A stretch of 54,309 nt of DNA, the filler included, from Basidioascus undulatus (taxonomy: Eukaryota), in NCBI GenBank assembly GCA_000826855.1. It is 3 parts of 3 records of this genome, joined end to end, with 100 filler letters (N's around TTAATTAATTAA, not from the genome) between each part and the next. Parts side by side here need not be neighbours in the genome. Positions count along the whole stretch, not along the records: positions 31,831 to 43,021 come from JTLS01001031.1; positions 43,122 to 54,309 come from JTLS01001032.1; 1 more part is not named here. One strand, written 5' to 3'. The notes under the pieces were generated by a model. It searched no databases. It was given only the letters and a program-made list of their open reading frames with translations, and was not told where the DNA came from. Shown here one piece after another: positions 37,970 to 50,042 of the stretch (position 1 is the stretch's first letter; every line of letters starts with the position of its first letter). The position numbers were made by a program, and so were the translations under genes.

Positions 37970-38733
37970 GCGGCTAGCTCGCGCGCCGGAGGAGATTCAT
38001 AGAACGGATTGGATCAGGGGGAGGCGGCGTGAGAGTGGAAGCGAGGAGACGTGCAGGAGTGAGGGGAGAAGGAGGACTTGGGCTGGGGTTGCGCGGTGGC
38101 GGGAGATGTGTGAGCGGAGTGGGAGATTGAGGTTCAGAGCATCTGGATATGGATAGTCGTGTGACACCGGGTCGGAGGATCGGATGAGGTGCTGCTTCGG
38201 AGGTGGTGGAAGGGAGGCTGATCGGGGGTATAACATTCGCACTGGAACTCACGGGCGAGGGTGACTGCGTATGCAAATCTAGTTCACGCTACATTTCGTT
38301 TTCATCAGGCGCTCGTCCGCTCTCACAGGGACTGGCTATCTGCCTTAGAGGTAACAAGGGGTTTGAATCGTTCTCAGGGTGACGGTGACGGTTCGGCGAA
38401 GCTTGATTGAATCTCCGAGGATTTTTATTCGGACGCCTTTCGCTTTCGTAGGTGCTGGAAGCTTGTTAGGCAGGGCACGTATCTGGAGCAGCTTGATCAA
38501 AGGGTATGCTGTGCGACGAACCGGTCTGCTCGGCCTTACGCTGGGCCTGACCACCTCGAGAACACTTGCTTTGGGGACATTCGTGAAACATACCAAACCG
38601 CTCAGAAATAAGAAACCTTCCAAGCTACAATGCATACGAAGGTAAAGCCAATCAGCAGCTAGCGGAACCCTAGGCTATCGCTGAGCATGAAGGAGCAAGT
38701 GAAGGTTCGTGTCCATGACACCTTAGAGTCGGC

Positions 38734-39418
38734 TCATTCCTTGACCTCCTTCTTGGAAAACAGCCCTTGAGTATCAAGGGTCAGTATTTCTTCATCGTTT
38801 AGCGGCGGCTCAGTACGCACCTGGGAAGTCCGGCAGCCATGGTGCCTTGGACTTGCAGAAGAACTCGCCTTTCGGCGGCAGCGCGTTCGGGTCATCGAGC
38901 GTGCCCCATACGATGTAGACAAAGTCGTTATTGTTTTCCTTGAGGGCGACGGGACTCTCACTTAGCATTAGTTACGAAGGGACACTCGATCCCGGATGAG
39001 TGAGCACGTACGCCATCTTCGATCAAGTTGCTCCCGCAGTCTCCGCAAAACTTGCGCCGGAGCGCTTTCCCCGTGCCGGTGTTGTGGTCCTCGAACACCG
39101 TGGGGTTACCGGCGGTGATCTGGAACGCCGGGCGCGGAGTCTTGACTGTCGTTTGGAAAGGCGAGCCGCACCATTTCTGTTGGGTGAATCAGTTACATAG
39201 ATCAGCAGAAGGTGCTTATAGGAAGACCGTTCGACGAACCTTGCAGTTGTCACAGTGACAGAGCGATGTCCGAAGCTGGTCGGCGAGCGCGTTGATCTGA
39301 TACTTTAGACGGAACGACGGAGAGCGTTCACGGTCAATAGGTTTATGTTCGTAGAATGTGGTAGACTGATTCAACTTACTCTGATTTGGCCACAATAGCA
39401 GCCCCCGGTCAAGCCCAT
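38734..39418 (-). CDS. GFA/Mss4-like Zn-binding protein (glutathione-dependent formaldehyde-activating family), 5 exons
   Basis: Spliced MGLTGGCYCGQIR|Y...LCHCDNCK|KWCGSPF...RKFCGDCGSNL...|...GTLDDPNALPPKGEFFCKSKAPW. Confidence 0.88.
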
Positions 39419-39802
39419 TTTGGTTTATAGAAGGCGCAATGTATGAGTAGGAGTGTGTGCCTGAGTGAGCTGATGTGGCGGATTCGAGTACTTGTGAGAT
39501 AAAAGACGAGGTGTTGAAATTACGGAAGAGCGACTAGGTCATACGTCGAGGTGGACGTGAATTGTGGGTCGAAGAGCTCCAGCGGTCCATCATCCATTTC
39601 TTGTTTTCGCACTTCTGACAGTGGCTGAAGTCATTGCGGGGCAATCACTCTTGCACACGAGCTCAGGAGAGACAACGTTTCAAACGGATTTTTTGCTGCC
39701 ATGATAATTCAAGTAGGTAGAGTACTAGTGTGAATCAAGGCGCGCTGGAAAGAGAGCTACAGTGGCCCGGCTGCACGTAGTCCAGCGAGCCAGGCCGAGA
39801 AT

Positions 39803-40320
39803 CATGCTCGGCCACCACTCCAGCGTCCAACGCACTGAGCCAAGGTACGACCTCATCCTTCAGTTTCCACCGCCGGCTCATCCAGCCGCACCCCGTCCCT
39901 TCCTTCCCACACCTCCCCACGTGTCCCTCCAGTGCTTTCCTTGCGCCTCCAACTCTGCGTTCGCGCCCTTAGCTCCCAAAGGCCGGGTGGCCAACAAGGG
40001 CTGAAACGGATCCGCCTCCCGCACGCCCAGTTTATCGAGAACGAAGACGACCAGCCCCGTGTCGCGCCAGGACCGCTTTATGCAGTCTACCCAAGTTAAA
40101 ACCTGTCGACCGCTCGAGATCTGCGCTAAGTGCGGGCGTCAGGAGCCCGAGGGAGACCCGCGTTTCCAGCTCTGCGGGCGATGCCGCGAGGGTGCGATTG
40201 TCCGCCATCATTGCCATTATTATGTGTGTGATTGTACCCCACTACCTCCCCACAGTCATCTACTGCTCGAAGGAGTGCCAGCGCGCGCACTGGTCAATCC
40301 ATCGCGAGCCGTGCGCATCG
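39803..40320 (+). pseudogene. MYND zinc-finger protein gene, apparently truncated after the finger; 5' end uncertain
   Basis: ICAKCG...FQLCGRCRE|VIYCSKECQRAHWSIHREPC. A GTACGT donor at ~40320 is followed by AT-rich non-coding DNA. Confidence 0.65.
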
Positions 40321-40384
40321 TACGTGCGTCAAATTGGGATGATGATCTTCATTACATGAAGCCCTCATATTTGTTGGAATATCT

Positions 40385-41450
40385 GTTGAAAAGCATCACG
40401 TATATTTTTGTTAACAACGGATAAGTGGTTGAATTTCGTCCAGGATCTGTTGTTTTTCAACAAAAACCTGGTGCGGTTCAGCACTATACCTGCTGGATTT
40501 CAGTGATCTGGCACACCAGAAGTTGTGTTGAAACGCGCGACGTTTCAATAGATCAAATGGGTATTTTAAAAACCCTATGATCTGTGGGAGGGCAACGGAA
40601 AAAGCACAGATGAACCGTTGATTTTCTTCATCACAACCGTTGCCTTCAACGCATTTTCAGGTTGGGAACCCCTTCCTTTTTCACGCAGTATTTGCCTCAT
40701 ATAGTTTGAAATCAACGGCTGAGAAGCTCCAGTTTGGCTCCTTTCCTATGACTTGATTGCTGTAGCAATCTATGCACTTCCACATTGCGGGCCACACACA
40801 GGTTCACAGGCATGTTCCCAGAATCTCATTGCATGTAACATTGTAAGGCAAATACCTCTCACGCTCCCCATTCCACCAGTGGCTGATCGAGACTGTACTC
40901 ACACAAGATAAAGATGAGGGCCTGGCGCATCTGCGCCAAATCAGTCCGGTTGTATTCAGCTGCAGTAGAGTGAACTCAGGGGGGAGACCAGCGGAAGAGA
41001 GACAAGCTTAGAAAGCGCACTTTAGCAGGCCTGTTTGGTAACCATGTTGTGAGCACCAAAAACTGTTTAGTTGCAGAGGAGGAGAGGCGAGAGGTGAGGG
41101 GCCGGGAACACCCTCAGTGCAGGGCAAAGTCGCGTGTGTGATGGAAGTTGGAGAACAGCCCTCAAGAGCCTGGAGAACCTCGGGCTGCTTTATGCATGTG
41201 GCGAGGCTGTCGATTCCAGTGTTGCTAAGAAAGGAATGACCTCACTGGGCCACTTGCCGGTGGCGAGCCAGGCAGTTGAAAATCAACAGGGCAAGTTGAT
41301 TTTCAGCTGCTCCAGTTTGTCGCCGTTGATCTTCAACACCTCAGGTGGAGCAGCTAAGGTTATTAATATCAAAAGCCCCTGAGACCTGGTGATTTTCAAC
41401 TAGTTTATGGAAAATCGACAGTCCACATGTTGATTTTCCGCACTAACCCT
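40385..41450. mobile_element. AT-rich non-coding element with two clusters of palindromic GTTGAWWWTCAAC motifs (putative non-autonomous DNA transposon remnant)
   Basis: About 11 degenerate copies: 40385, 40449, 40617, 40639, 40704 and 41275, 41295, 41325, 41388, 41407, 41429. No ORF, and no matching TIR pair was identified. Confidence 0.5.
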
Positions 41451-41524
41451 CTCCATAGTCGAAGACTAGCTCGCGAGCGGCTCGCACTGCTTGGGGCGCA
41501 GGGCCAGTTTCTCAACAAAATCAC

Positions 41525-41715
41525 CTCGCCAGCTGTTCTTGATGAACTCCGTTACTGTCAGCAGTGCATCAGTTGTGCTGCGCCCGGAGCAGGCTCCAAA
41601 GTGAGTGCGGGGAAGCAAGTTGTGCTTCGTGATCAGGTATGCGGTACGCGCCACAAGGACATTCTTGAAGATCTTCGAGATCGTAGGCAGTAGCGCGACA
41701 GGGCGGTAAGCTCCT
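41525..41715 (-). mobile_element. Non-LTR retrotransposon (LINE, Tad1-like) reverse transcriptase fragment
   Basis: AYRPVALLPTISKIFKNVLVARTAYLITKHNLLPRTHFGACSGRSTTDALLTVTEFIKNSWR matches the YRPIxLL / xFGxRxGRSTxDA N-terminal RT motifs. Confidence 0.85.
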
Positions 41716-42138
41716 TCAACGACTTCCGCATCCGACGTAACCATTAGCCCGTTGGCTCGGACACCGTCGAGTTAGGAAGACCTACTGCCTGCGATGGATT
41801 AACGTCGTCACACAACCACCACGCACCCGCTGCGAGACCAAAAACGAACGCCAAAGCGCAGACGCTCACTCCTATCAACCGACCTCCCTCACTGAAAGGC
41901 TAAATACCGTTCCGCCCCGTTCTCTATGCCCACTTGCCCAAACCCACGCCACGCGACACTCAGCGCATCTCGTTTATCATCAGTCTTAAATCGCGGTATC
42001 CCAGTCCACACCCCAAAAACACCCATTCCCACCACCCCATACCGCGCACGCTGCACGGCCGCCCCCACTTCTTCCCAAGCAACCAAAGACGCAACCTCCC
42101 CCTTCCTCTCCCCCGCTCATCCGGAGGACCCACAGCGC

Positions 42139-42962
42139 TCAGCCGAACTACCTCGCCGCCCAGGACAGTCGTCAACGGCAAGAAAGGGAAGAAGGCAGCT
42201 GAAGTAGGAGGCAGGGGGGAAGGAACGGGACACGCACAGTAGCCAAGTACGTCTCGGCGACGATGCGCGCGCGCGCGTTCAGGCTCAGCTTCATCTCTGA
42301 GATCTCCTTGTCTACTTCTTCCATGAACCTGCGGGCGCGCCGAACATGGAGTAAGCGACAGATGCCGGGATGCTAAGAGGGATGAAGACGGGAGGAAGGA
42401 AGAAGGAACAGGGGAAGAGGGGGAGGAAGAAGACGGAACGGAGGGAAGAGGAACGGAAGGCGGGACGGAAGACGGAGGAAGGGGGAAGGGGGAAGAAGGA
42501 AGGAGGAACAGACGGACTGGATGATGAAGTCTACGATCTTGTGCTTGAGCATTGTCTCGGTGTTTGCGTTGGTGATTAGGAAGGAGATGTCATAGCCCTG
42601 AAGATAAAAGAGGGAGGGAGGGGTGTCAGCGCTCGGGGCAGGGGACCTCATCTAACGTGCGCCACATGTCCCGAAGCACAAAGTCCCCATCCCACCCACA
42701 GACGACTGTCACTCACCGGGATCGGTTTCCGCCTCAGGACAACAAACGCCTCGGCGCGCATCATCATGAACCGCGTAAATTTGTGGCACAAGATGCGCTC
42801 AATCTCGTCCGCCTGCTTGATCTTGATGCTGACGCGGATGGCGTTCACGGAAGGCTCGACGAGCACGCGTTCGGTCGCGGAGCGCGTGATGAGCAACGGC
42901 TGGAGCAGGAGCTCGCGCGACTTTTGCGTCTCGACTTCTGGCTTGTTGTGACGCTCTACCAC
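42139..42962 (-). CDS. ARPC4: Arp2/3 complex subunit 4 (ARPC4/Arc19); 5' exon(s) lost in the gap
   Basis: [10 protein letters not shown]...[24 protein letters not shown]...[14 protein letters not shown]...[35 protein letters not shown]. Confidence 0.95.
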
Positions 42963-43021
42963 CTGCGGTCCTCCGCCGGCGTTAGTTCGGGGAAGGGGAA
43001 ACGGGAGAGGAGGTAGAGAAG

Positions 43022-43121
43022 NNNNNNNNNNNNNNNNNNNNNNNNNNNNNNNNNNNNNNNNNNNNTTAATTAATTAANNNNNNNNNNNNNNNNNNNNNNN
43101 NNNNNNNNNNNNNNNNNNNNN
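43022..43121. other. Artificial contig spacer N44-TTAATTAATTAA-N44
   Basis: 12-mer at 43066-43077 inside a 100-nt gap. Confidence 0.97.
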
Positions 43122-43828
43122 GGGAGAAGCACAGGAAGAAGGGGAAGGGGAAGAAGGACGCACCAGCTCCGCCCCCCGCCCGCCCGCAAGCCGCACGAGC
43201 TTCGAGATCCAGTCGTTGACGTCGAACGCGTCCACCTCGACCCGCATCGAGCGCGCCTTTGCCGCGCCCATTTCGGACTGCACGATGAGGAAGCGAGAGT
43301 CGAGGGTCGCTTCTTGCGGGGCGCGGACTGCGGTGGCGGGGTGGGTGAGGTGAATTGGAATGGAGGAGAGTGGGAAAAGGACGCACCTTTGGCGTAGAGG
43401 GTGTTCGCCTGCGTGAGCGCCTCTGTCAAGTCCTCCGTCGTGACGTTGCTCAGATCCTTCGAGTGCCCTACCGCCCCGGCATCCTCACATCATCATCAGC
43501 CCAATCATCCCTCTCCGATCTCCTGGCGTGCCTATCCCGCGCACGCACCCTCAGCGCCCTCGATGAGCGCTCGGTACTCCTTCCTGATCCGCCGCTTCTC
43601 CTCACGGTCCTGGTCCGGGTCGTACGCGTCCTGGCCCTCCTTGAACCCGCGGAGGACCTGCTCGTGCTCGTCGTCCCCTCCCGTAGGGCGGCCATTGCTT
43701 CTGCGCGAGGAGGAAGAGGCCATGGCAGTGCCGCTGCTGGTGGTGCGTCGTCGGGAGTTCTCCTTGTTGGAGGGCGTGGGGGAGGTGCTGCTGCTCTGGA
43801 GGGTCGCAGATCGGCGAGATGAGGACAT
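43122..43828 (-). CDS. NSE4: Nse4/EID family kleisin of the Smc5/6 complex, 3' partial
   Basis: YDPDQDREEKRRIRKEYRALIE...LTQANTLYAK|VRAPQEATLDSRFL...AFDVNDWISKL. Confidence 0.85.
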
Positions 43829-44336
43829 CGAGTGGGGAGGGAGGGGAGGGAGGGAGGAGGGTGTAGTCGTTTCTGATTGTGTGAATTTGAAAGATTGATA
43901 GGTGAGCGGATCGAATGAGAGATTGTGAATTCGAGACGCGACGAACAGTGCAGTCGACGCGTTGGAGAATGCCTCAAATTGCTCGCTCGCTGCGCAAAGC
44001 TTGATTCGTTCGTAAGTCTGTGGGCTAAAGCATATACATTGAGCCACATCTCCTTCAGCACCACGGCAACACCTAGTAATGCACCGATTTATGAGCACAG
44101 CGTGCAGCAGATGAGGAACCGGAAGAGGAAGCTCGCAAGACACGCGAGGCACTGTCCCATCTGAACGCGCCAACCCTTCCCCGGAAAGTCCCCGGACGAC
44201 ACCCCTCACCCTTCCGACTCCGCTCACTACTGTCGTAATCTTGTACGATTAGCATCCTGGCTCTCCTCCGAACCACCATCGCTTTCTGCGCTCGCACTTG
44301 ATAGAATCGAACCCACAGCAAAAACCATAGAGAGGG

Positions 44337-45757
44337 ATGACCAGCCTCGCGACGCGCCGGTTGACGAAGGAGCTTAAGGAGCTGCAGGCGGGCGGGTGTC
44401 CTGCAGGTCCGCACAGCCTCGCCCTTAACTGCTCCTCCATCCACGTTCAGGCCTGATAGTGGGATGAGTGGGATGACGCGGGTCAGGCGTAGCTATTATT
44501 TTGGCTGAGGATCTGCAAACTTGGAGGTTCAGTCTGCAGGTGTACGATTCTATTTACTCGGTGCGTGTCGTCTTCTGCACCTTCAAGCGACCGAGCGGAG
44601 GGGCTGACGCGAGGATTGGCGGTCGGTGCCGGGATCGTCGAGAAGGGCGAGACGTTTGCGCTGCAGTTCAAGTTCTCTCCACAGGTGAGTTTTAGGCTTG
44701 GAGAGCTACCTGGGTCGCGCGGGCGAAGCGGGCGAATCGGAGGGCGGAGGCGTGGTCGGGCTGGGCTACAGCTGCACTGAACGGCTACTGCGCACCTCTC
44801 ATCACTCCCTAGTCCATCACTTCCCCTCATTTCTCTCATACGCTCATATCTTCTTTCCCCCCGCCGACCTACATCCACAGTACCCCATCGACGTACGTCC
44901 GCCTCCTTATCCCCTGACCCTTCTCCAGCTGCCATTCCCCGAACCCCAAGCTGAGCACCCTCCCTCTACCGCGCCTTTTCGCATTTTCCAGAGTCCATCA
45001 GTCCAATTCGTCGTAGACCACACCTACAAGGCGCCCACACACCCGCACATGTGCGTGCGCTCTTCCCCGTTACCCCGCGCCGTGCATCTGCCGCTCGCGT
45101 GACATGACCTGCGGCAACTGACTTTCACATCCCTGGCAAAGCTATACGAACGGCCATGTCTGTCTTTCCTTTAATACTCTGCCTGAGTGGCACCTGAATA
45201 TGAGCAGCAGGCTGACTCTGTCTTGACCCGCACCCAGATCTGCGCATCCATACTCGGCAACGGCTGGTCGCCCGTCCTCAAGTACGTACCCTTCTCCCTT
45301 CTTCCTTCCTCCTACGTTTCATCTTTCTCCCTTCTCCCTTTGTCTCCTTCCTTTTCCATGTTTCCCTCCGACACTATTGAACTAACAAGCCAACCACCTC
45401 CTAACAGCGTCGCCGCCGTCTGCCTAACGCTCCAATCCAGTACGGGTGTCCCCCTCCCGCATCCCCGCTCTCGTCTTGTTTCCCTCTCATTCGAGATCAA
45501 AGGAGCTAACAGGCTCGGGCTCGGGCGAAGCAGTGCTCGCCTCATGCAAGAAGAAGGAGCTCCCGCCCGATAACGACCGCTACGTCTCACACGCCCCGTC
45601 TGATCCGAAGAAGACGCGGTGGCATGTACGCTCATTCCTCCTTTCGTCCTTCTCCCCATCTCCTCTTCTTGGTTCACGAGATTCGAGAGAAGTCGTTCAT
45701 TGACATTCTTGCCTTGCTTGTCCGCTACCTCCGCAGTTCCACGACGACAACGTCTAA
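44337..45757 (+). CDS. UBE2W: Ubiquitin-conjugating enzyme E2 W-like (N-terminal ubiquitylating E2), ~10 exons
   Basis: MTSLATRRLTKEL...YPID|SPSVQF...PTHPH|xYTNGH|ICASILGNGWSPVL...LASCKKKELPPDNDRYV...PKKTRWH|FHDDNV*. HPH instead of HPN and the terminal FHDD are typical of the family. Confidence 0.9.
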
Positions 45758-46426
45758 GCCGGCTGACCAACCATCGCCCGTCGGCGCGCAGCGCCGGAAG
45801 CGCTTCCGAGAGAGAGGATACGACGTCTGTGGGTACTTGCAGATAAGGGTGGAATGGCATGCGGGAGGGAAGCGCTGCTGGTTCGGCACTGCCTTTGAGG
45901 TCTTTCGGATTGAGGCTGAGGCTGAGGGTGTACGAGCGCTATGATCGGTTTCTGTCTTACCCTTTGTGCTCGTTTCTTCCGCGAGCGGCTATGCCCATGC
46001 TTGCAGGATTTGGGAGAGTGAACGAGGTGAAAGGTCGTGCAGGCGAGGGGGCGTAGCTGAACCCGGCGGGGTGCCCTTCCAGCGGTGTGGTAACTACCAG
46101 AACCCACCCTTAGCCGTGTCTGCTACACTGCATTCATGACCAGTCGTCGCCAATCGTCCCTTTCATCAAGTGCACACTCATTGTATATATCAGAAAATTC
46201 TGCACAAGAAGAGGACAAAAAGACAGACAGAGTGAAAATTGTACATGTAGGTGGAGGACGACATGGCGTTAGCGGGTCTACCAAAGTCCACCCAAGTTTG
46301 TCCTTGAACCTTGACTGCCACCATCATCTCATCCCAGAACACCACACTGAACTTTTCGATTCTTGCATACGAGAATCTCGAGCGTTCTGATCTCTCTATC
46401 GCTCGACGCAGCGCCACCCCGATGCG

Positions 46427-47810
46427 ATGCCCCACTCGCTCCACACCCTCCCGCCGGACGTCGTCCGCGAACTCTCCCACGCACCTAGACCACCTCGACG
46501 TCGTGCGCATGCCGCTCGCCAACCGGCGGTGCGCAGGACATTCTTGAAGCACGCGTGGGAGGACGTTTACGTGGGCGCGTCGCTCGAGGAGTCCACATCC
46601 TGCCGCACGGCCGACGTCGACCGCTATGTCCCGCCGCTGCGCTTCGCGGGCCTTACGGCTATGCTTCCTGTCTTGAGGGTCATTAAGTTCAGCAATCCGT
46701 CTGAAGGAGGAAGATGTATTCTGAATGAGACTTTGCAGCTTCTTGCACATAGGTGTTTCTTCGATCACAAGTTCCCCGGCATACGTGCACCACCGTCCAG
46801 GCTGACCTTTTATTTATAATAACGTCAGGGACGCGTCAATGCAAGCGAAGAAGACCTCGGGCACTTCCTGCGCTTGACCGACATGCCCACGCTCGAGACG
46901 CTCTCGATCTACGACACCGACCCGTTCTCGGGGCCAGAGGAAGAGTGGGCCGGCTTCGGGCTGGATGAGGTCTTGCCCGAGTCGACGCGCCTCGCGAGCG
47001 GGCTCCGCGCCCTCCGCATCGGGGGATCTTCCCCTCGGGTTAGACTTCCGCCGCCTCGCCACGACGCTGCGCGAGCTCGTCGTGGACCTCGCGAGCTGCA
47101 CCGTCTGGCGCAACGCGACGCTGTTCGATGACGGTCCATATCGCGCTGGGCGCGCTGACGGAGTGCCGGAAGCTCGAGACGCTTCGCTTGACGCTCGCGG
47201 GCGTGAACACGCCCATCCTGCGGCGTCTCGCCAAAAGCTTGCCAAATTTGCAGGTGCTCCATATGAACCATGGTCGCGGTCCGGGTATGTTCTTCAAATT
47301 TCACACAGCTGTAGGCATGCATAATGAAAAGTTTGGTCGGACGGACACATGTCCCAGCACGGTAGCGGTAGACTGGGCCTACTACTTCACTCCTCCAGTG
47401 CGTGCCCCTCCATCTCCCTTTGTCCGCACTGCACCTGAATGCCCTCTGCAGGCTGCCGCCCTGAGTGCCCTCAAGCCTCTCCGGAAGCTGCGCGTCCTCT
47501 TCCTGTACCCCACGGCGGACTACCACCCCGAGAAGCGCGGGCACGGCTACCCGCGCACGGTGGACGGTCGCGCGAGTGGCGCGCGCTGGCGTCCCTCGAC
47601 AGCTGCGCCCGCACGCGCAGGAACTGGCCCCTGCTGGAAGAGTTCGCGTGCGCGTAGGTGTGGCTGTCGACGGAGGACGTGGAGGAGGAGGAGATGGTGG
47701 AGGAGGCGAGGTACCCTGTGCGAGTGAGGACGAAGGCGTGGGTGCTGGACGACGCTGGGCATTGGCGGACAAGATGTGACGCCCGCTTGTTGCGTGTTTT
47801 GCCTGGGTAA
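46427..47810 (+). pseudogene. F-box/LRR (RNI-like) protein pseudogene
   Basis: F-box-like SLHTLPPDVVREL/THLDHLDVVRMPLANRR split across frames. LRR segments MPTLETLSI, TTLRELVVD, CRKLETLRL, LPNLQVLHM and LRKLRVLFL lie in different frames without introns between several of them. Confidence 0.7.
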
Positions 47811-48582
47811 GAGAGTGCTGAAGCTGGGTTGACGAAATGTCGAGTGAGAAGCTGAGGCATGAACCAACCACCTGAATGTGCATGCTGAACAGACACTCAC
47901 CATTCCTTCAGCGGGTCCGCTCGAGAGGCCTTGCGAGCGAGGATTGTTAGGTATGCACAGTGGATGAGTGGAGCGTTTAGCGGTCATGCCAGGAGAGCGG
48001 ACGTCTTGCCGCTGTGAGCTCGTGCAGCTGCCCACTGACTGGACAGACTGCGAGCAGGCACAAGAAACAAGGTTTCACTCACCTCTTTATTTGTTTAACA
48101 TAAGTACATCACTTCTTCGGTCGACCATCCAGTGGCTCTGGTGGCAGAGAAAAGCTGAGGACTCCCCGTCGGCGGGAGGTGCCGCGCTGGCACTCTGGCT
48201 CGTTTGGGCCATCCTGGAAGCCTTCACCTGATTAAACTCTTTCATGGTGTCAGATGAGAGAATTCGTTGGCGTTGAGAGGGAACAGCATTTTATTGATCG
48301 TAACAGGTCCGACTGAGCGCGTCGCGAGAAGTTGTACACAGTTTCCACATCTTCGACGACCTTATAAATAGGCTCCTTGCTCGCACGTTTTGAGAAGGGT
48401 GACAAGGTGCTGACACGAGCAGGCTCACCCGCACAAGCAACTTTCTGCGGTTAATAAGCGCTAGAGGCGAGCTTCCAAGCACTGTCCCCGTCCCTCTTGC
48501 TGAGAGACATAAAATACGACTCTACAAGGGCTTTTGAAAGCAAGAACCCCTTTTATTACATTCGCCGTGACATCCCCCTGCA

Positions 48583-49190
48583 ATGCGTCTTCTTCACACC
48601 TCTTCTGCGCTGCTGCTCTCGGCGGGGCCACGTCGGCCATCGAGTTCACCGACTGCGGCAAGGGCGAAGTCACTGCTGTCGAAGTCGAGGACTGCATGTC
48701 CGAGCCGTGCCACTTCGAGCCCGGCTCAACTGTTACCGCACATTTTACCTTCCAGCCCCGTAAGTTTATTAAGGACAGCATGCTAACCGTGAGCGCACCT
48801 CACCATCTGGCACTGCTTTCCCGGTCGTCACTAATACCTTCGACCAACCACACAGAGTTCTCGGCGGACACTGCAACACTCACCGCCTGGCTTAGGGGAT
48901 GTGAATGGCCCAGGCGACGTCCAATACGGATCCTTCGCCGACCCGGAGATCTGCAACGCTGGCATGGTTTGTCCTATGGAGGAGGCGACGCCCCAAACGG
49001 CCTCTGTCGAGATTCTTGTCCTTAACGATAGCCAGGCTGTATGTACCTGCATTCCATTTCCCCATAGCTCGACTATGTGAACTGACTTGACTCTTGGATG
49101 GATTTACAGATGGACACGCAGTGGCGTTGGGACGCGGCCGTGGGCCATGGCCAGTGGCTCGCCTGCTTCATCTTCCCTTTTACTGTCTAG
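48583..49190 (+). CDS. ML-domain (NPC2/MD-2-like) lipid-binding protein with two reciprocal frameshifts; exons 48583-48759, 48856-49038, 49110-49190
   Basis: LFCAAALGGATSAIEFTDCGKGEVTAVEVEDCMSEPCHFEPG lies in one frame, while the ATG and DPEICNAGMVCPM...|...WRWD...LACFIFPFTV* lie in another. The six-Cys ML pattern is present overall. Confidence 0.75.
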
Positions 49191-50042
49191 TCGCAGTAGT
49201 TTACACATAGTCGTACTTAATTCAACTGTTTATTAGCACCGCTATATCTCTGCGTGTGTGTATAGTGCTCAGTTAAAGGCGATAAGCGATGAAGCGCTGG
49301 GCAGGCGTGCAGAGAGGTTGCGGCGGTTTGAACTCCTTCTATTGGAGCAAACGCGATGTATCCAATGGATACTGAGCCATTTGAGAAGAAGGTGCAATCC
49401 TCGCTGTAGAGCGTCAATCCGAGTCACCAAGTGTTTATCTTTATAATGCATTAGAAGATATACCCAAAGCGGAATCACCCGTTTCAAGAGCTGCACTTCA
49501 ATCGGTCGAAGCCACCTAGCCAGGCGGCATGTAGGTACCGCTCACAAGGTTTGCCGATTCCGAATCATGTTCGAGCACTTCAAGGACGCACCTCAACCAA
49601 ACATGGACTCCAGCGACGTGATGAAAAACGATCGCACAGCTTTCAGCAACGTCAGCAGGGTGTCCTGCGTTCTCCTAACCAATCCTAACGCAGACTGCGC
49701 CTGACAAGTGACAGCACGTTCCGCCCCCAGTAATCATCTAGCACAAGCCAGCAAGACAATGTACTAGAGATATTTGTTCTTCGCAGTAACAGACACGGTA
49801 AGTAATCGAGCAAAAGAAGGAACGCAAAAGACAAGCAGAACTTCAACGAGCGTAGGAGGGAGGGAGGATGTTTGACTGCAACCAAGGACAGAAAGAACGG
49901 GGACCAAAAGTGAAGTAGTGTGGCAGACAGAACTGAGAAGGGGGTTGTTGTGGGTATACGTGAGTTGCAGGGGAAGGGTGTATAGGAAGTTGGGAAGCGA
50001 GACGAGATGGGACGGTCCGATCGAGGGCGGAGTGCGGGCAAC

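Noticed and set aside
40385..41441. CRISPR-like array
   Set aside because: The repeats are only 13 nt, degenerate and irregularly spaced; the context is eukaryotic and there are no cas genes.
42375..42510. Long GGAAG-rich purine tract
   Set aside because: It is the pyrimidine-rich interior of an ARPC4 intron read on the opposite strand.
31775..43077. Two identical TTAATTAATTAA palindromes
   Set aside because: Centred in 100-nt N gaps, so they are assembly linkers. Gene adjacency across them (e.g. ARPC4 and Nse4) is not evidence of linkage.
43828..44337. Head-to-head Nse4/UBE2W arrangement
   Set aside because: Short divergent promoters are common in compact fungal genomes.
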